This document shows positions 62,272 through 64,000 of a stretch of DNA of 64,000 nt, one piece after another. A program made the translations under genes and the position numbers. Source of the stretch: Candidatus Poribacteria bacterium (GTDB lineage: Bacteria; Poribacteria; WGA-4E; WGA-3G). A model generated the notes under the pieces. It was not told the DNA's origin and searched no databases. It worked only from the letters and a program-made list of their open reading frames with translations. Location of the stretch: NCBI GenBank assembly GCA_965215265.1, contig OZ244048.1, positions 2,208,001-2,272,000 on the forward strand, written 5' to 3'. Numbering within the stretch: the first letter of the stretch is position 1; each line of letters starts with the position of its first letter.

Positions 62272-63369
62272 TTAATAATCGGCGATGGAGCCGTCCGCTA
62301 AGCGGTTGTCGGGCCAGGTGAAACGTCTGCCTGGTTCGTTTCCAATTTCAATCACCCGTTCTTCATCGACCTCAACGCCCAAGCCGGGTCCTTCTGGTAG
62401 TGAAACGTAGCCATCTGCGTCCATGGACCAAGTCTTGTGCGCGACACCATCGGGTAGTACATTCTCGTATCCTTCATGGATGAGGAAAAACGGTACAGCG
62501 GCGGCGAGTTGAAAACTCGCTGTCAATCCGAGATATGACATAGTGCAGTGGGGTGCAATGGGTACGTGGTGTGCTTCGGCGAGTGCAGCGACCTTCTTAA
62601 CTTGGGTGATGCCGCCGCCATGTCCACAATCAGGCTGAAGGATGTCAATGACTTGCGCTTCAAGAATTTCGCGTACGTCCCAGATTGTCCTGTCGCGTTC
62701 GCCGGTTGCGAGCGGAACAGGAACGGCTTCTCGGATTTTTCGCATCACTTCGACATTGCCCGGAACCCATGCCTCTTCTAAGAACAGTAGTTCATCAGGT
62801 TTAAGATATCCTGCAAATTGTTTGACAATTGGTGGGGGGAGGCAACTATGTGCGTCAAACATAACAGCACCATCCGGTCCGACCTTCTCTCGTGCGTCTT
62901 GCACGCGCTGGACAAGCTGGGCTATCTCGTTGGGTGTGCCTGCGAACGGTTTGGAACCGCCCGGTCCGGTCTTTATGGCCTTCGGGCTCGGATATTTCCA
63001 GATTTTATCGCGACACGGTCCGCCAAGCAAGCGATAGACTGGCACTCCCCATAGTTTTCCTGCAATATCCCAGAGTGCCATATCAATAGCAGAAATGGTG
63101 TGTACCATCAAGCCGCCGCCGCGGATGTTACGATGCGCGCGAAACAAGCGCTGCCAATGATGCTCAATGCGCGTCGGATTTTCCCCGATAATCAGTTCCG
63201 CCAAGGAGCGTGCCAGCGCACAGGTAACGGTTGTCTCCATATTATTAATCTCACCCCATCCAATGACACCCATGTTGGTTTCAATTTTAACATAAGCTTT
63301 CACACCCATCGGAAACGCCTCAAGGTGTGTCACTCGAATTTGCGAGCCTTTATCTTCATAGTCTGCCAT
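62272..63369 (-). CDS. Mandelate racemase / galactonate dehydratase-like enolase-superfamily protein
   Basis: SAIDMALWDIAGK..GVPVY.LLGG, FD.H, FLEE, ATGER, QPD...GGIT, APH. Confidence 0.9.
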   Translation of the reverse strand: MADYEDKGSQIRVTHLEAFPMGVKAYVKIETNMGVIGWGEINNMETTVTCALARSLAELIIGENPTRIEHHWQRLFRAHRNIRGGGLMVHTISAIDMALWDIAGKLWGVPVYRLLGGPCRDKIWKYPSPKAIKTGPGGSKPFAGTPNEIAQLVQRVQDAREKVGPDGAVMFDAHSCLPPPIVKQFAGYLKPDELLFLEEAWVPGNVEVMRKIREAVPVPLATGERDRTIWDVREILEAQVIDILQPDCGHGGGITQVKKVAALAEAHHVPIAPHCTMSYLGLTASFQLAAAVPFFLIHEGYENVLPDGVAHKTWSMDADGYVSLPEGPGLGVEVDEERVIEIGNEPGRRFTWPDNRLADGSIADY

Positions 63370-63433
63370 CTTGTGTATCTCTCCTCGCTATTTTTAGCAG
63401 GCTTCTTATCCTGAAATGTGTTTCAAGTTAAAC

Positions 63434-64000
63434 TCAGCGCGACGTGGCACTGGCGTATGTTTGATACGGTGCCTCTCGGATCGTTTGTATCAAGTAGTTT
63501 CGAGTCCAAGCGAGGGCAGCTTTGAGGTCTACGGGGTCAGCGGGTTGTGTGTAGCCCTCTCTTCTGTTTTCTCTACGGAGTGCAGTGAGACTCATCGTGT
63601 TGGACTTTTTGCTATTGCATGGTTGACACAACAGTGCTCGGTTATCTATGTCGTTGCTGCCGCCCTCGCTTTTCGGGATAATATGGTCAAGGTGTAAGTA
63701 GCGTTTATCGGGTGCCTGAAAGTTGCAGCCCCAACATTTGAGTCCGAATTCATCTACCAGTGCTTGGTGCATCTCGGCATGGCTGTGTAAAGGCCCGAGT
63801 TGCGAAGGGTTGACGGTGGGCAATTCGGGCGGTTGTGTCTCCGGTGCATCGGTACGCACGGGTGCATCGGTTTGGTAATGAATGTCATATTTCGAGGCTT
63901 GTTTCTCAAGCCAGGCCGTATCTGTGGCGTATTTCTCAATCCGCTCACGTTCTTTTCTGTCGATGCCCATCAATCGTGTGATGATGTGATAGCGTGCATC
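63434..64000 (-). CDS. C-terminal HNH endonuclease domain of a gene that extends beyond the window (possibly a DNA methyltransferase-HNH fusion)
   Basis: CWGC...LHLDHIIPKSEGG...N..LLCQPCNSKK; frame open to base 64000 (DARYHIITRLMGID...). Confidence 0.8.
   Translation of the reverse strand, partial: DARYHIITRLMGIDRKERERIEKYATDTAWLEKQASKYDIHYQTDAPVRTDAPETQPPELPTVNPSQLGPLHSHAEMHQALVDEFGLKCWGCNFQAPDKRYLHLDHIIPKSEGGSNDIDNRALLCQPCNSKKSNTMSLTALRRENRREGYTQPADPVDLKAALAWTRNYLIQTIREAPYQTYASATSR

Overview
Bacterial chromosomal window, most likely from Candidatus Poribacteria. This is inferred from several LamG and other secreted proteins ending in an 'AVEPxxKLxTTWGxLK' tail, together with sulfatase, PhyH, Gfo/Idh/MocA and multiple ABC-2 permease genes. 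Housekeeping blocks: alpha-2-macroglobulin/pbpC, hom-yceD-rpmF-fabH-fabD-fabG-acpP-fabF-folK (no plsX), tRNA-Pro(GGG), thiO-thiS-thiG, nadA and nnr. Most notable observations: (1) eight secreted proteins from several unrelated domain families share a short C-terminal tail that looks like a sorting signal, and the same window carries a PorV/PorQ-like gene paired with a 2300-aa Ig-repeat protein ending in a T9SS-CTD-like domain. (2) A Type III R-M mod gene is broken by a C9 tract where C8 would restore the frame, making it a candidate phase-variable methyltransferase. (3) A dispersed family of nested palindromic elements built from ~60-nt units occurs at four intergenic sites. (4) A ~228-bp direct repeat duplicates the 3' ends of two convergent genes and encloses gene fragments, including a frameshifted STT3-like piece. 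(5) An HNH nuclease gene, probably the C-terminus of a methyltransferase fusion, is cut by the right edge. All family calls come from motif recognition by eye; no searches were run.
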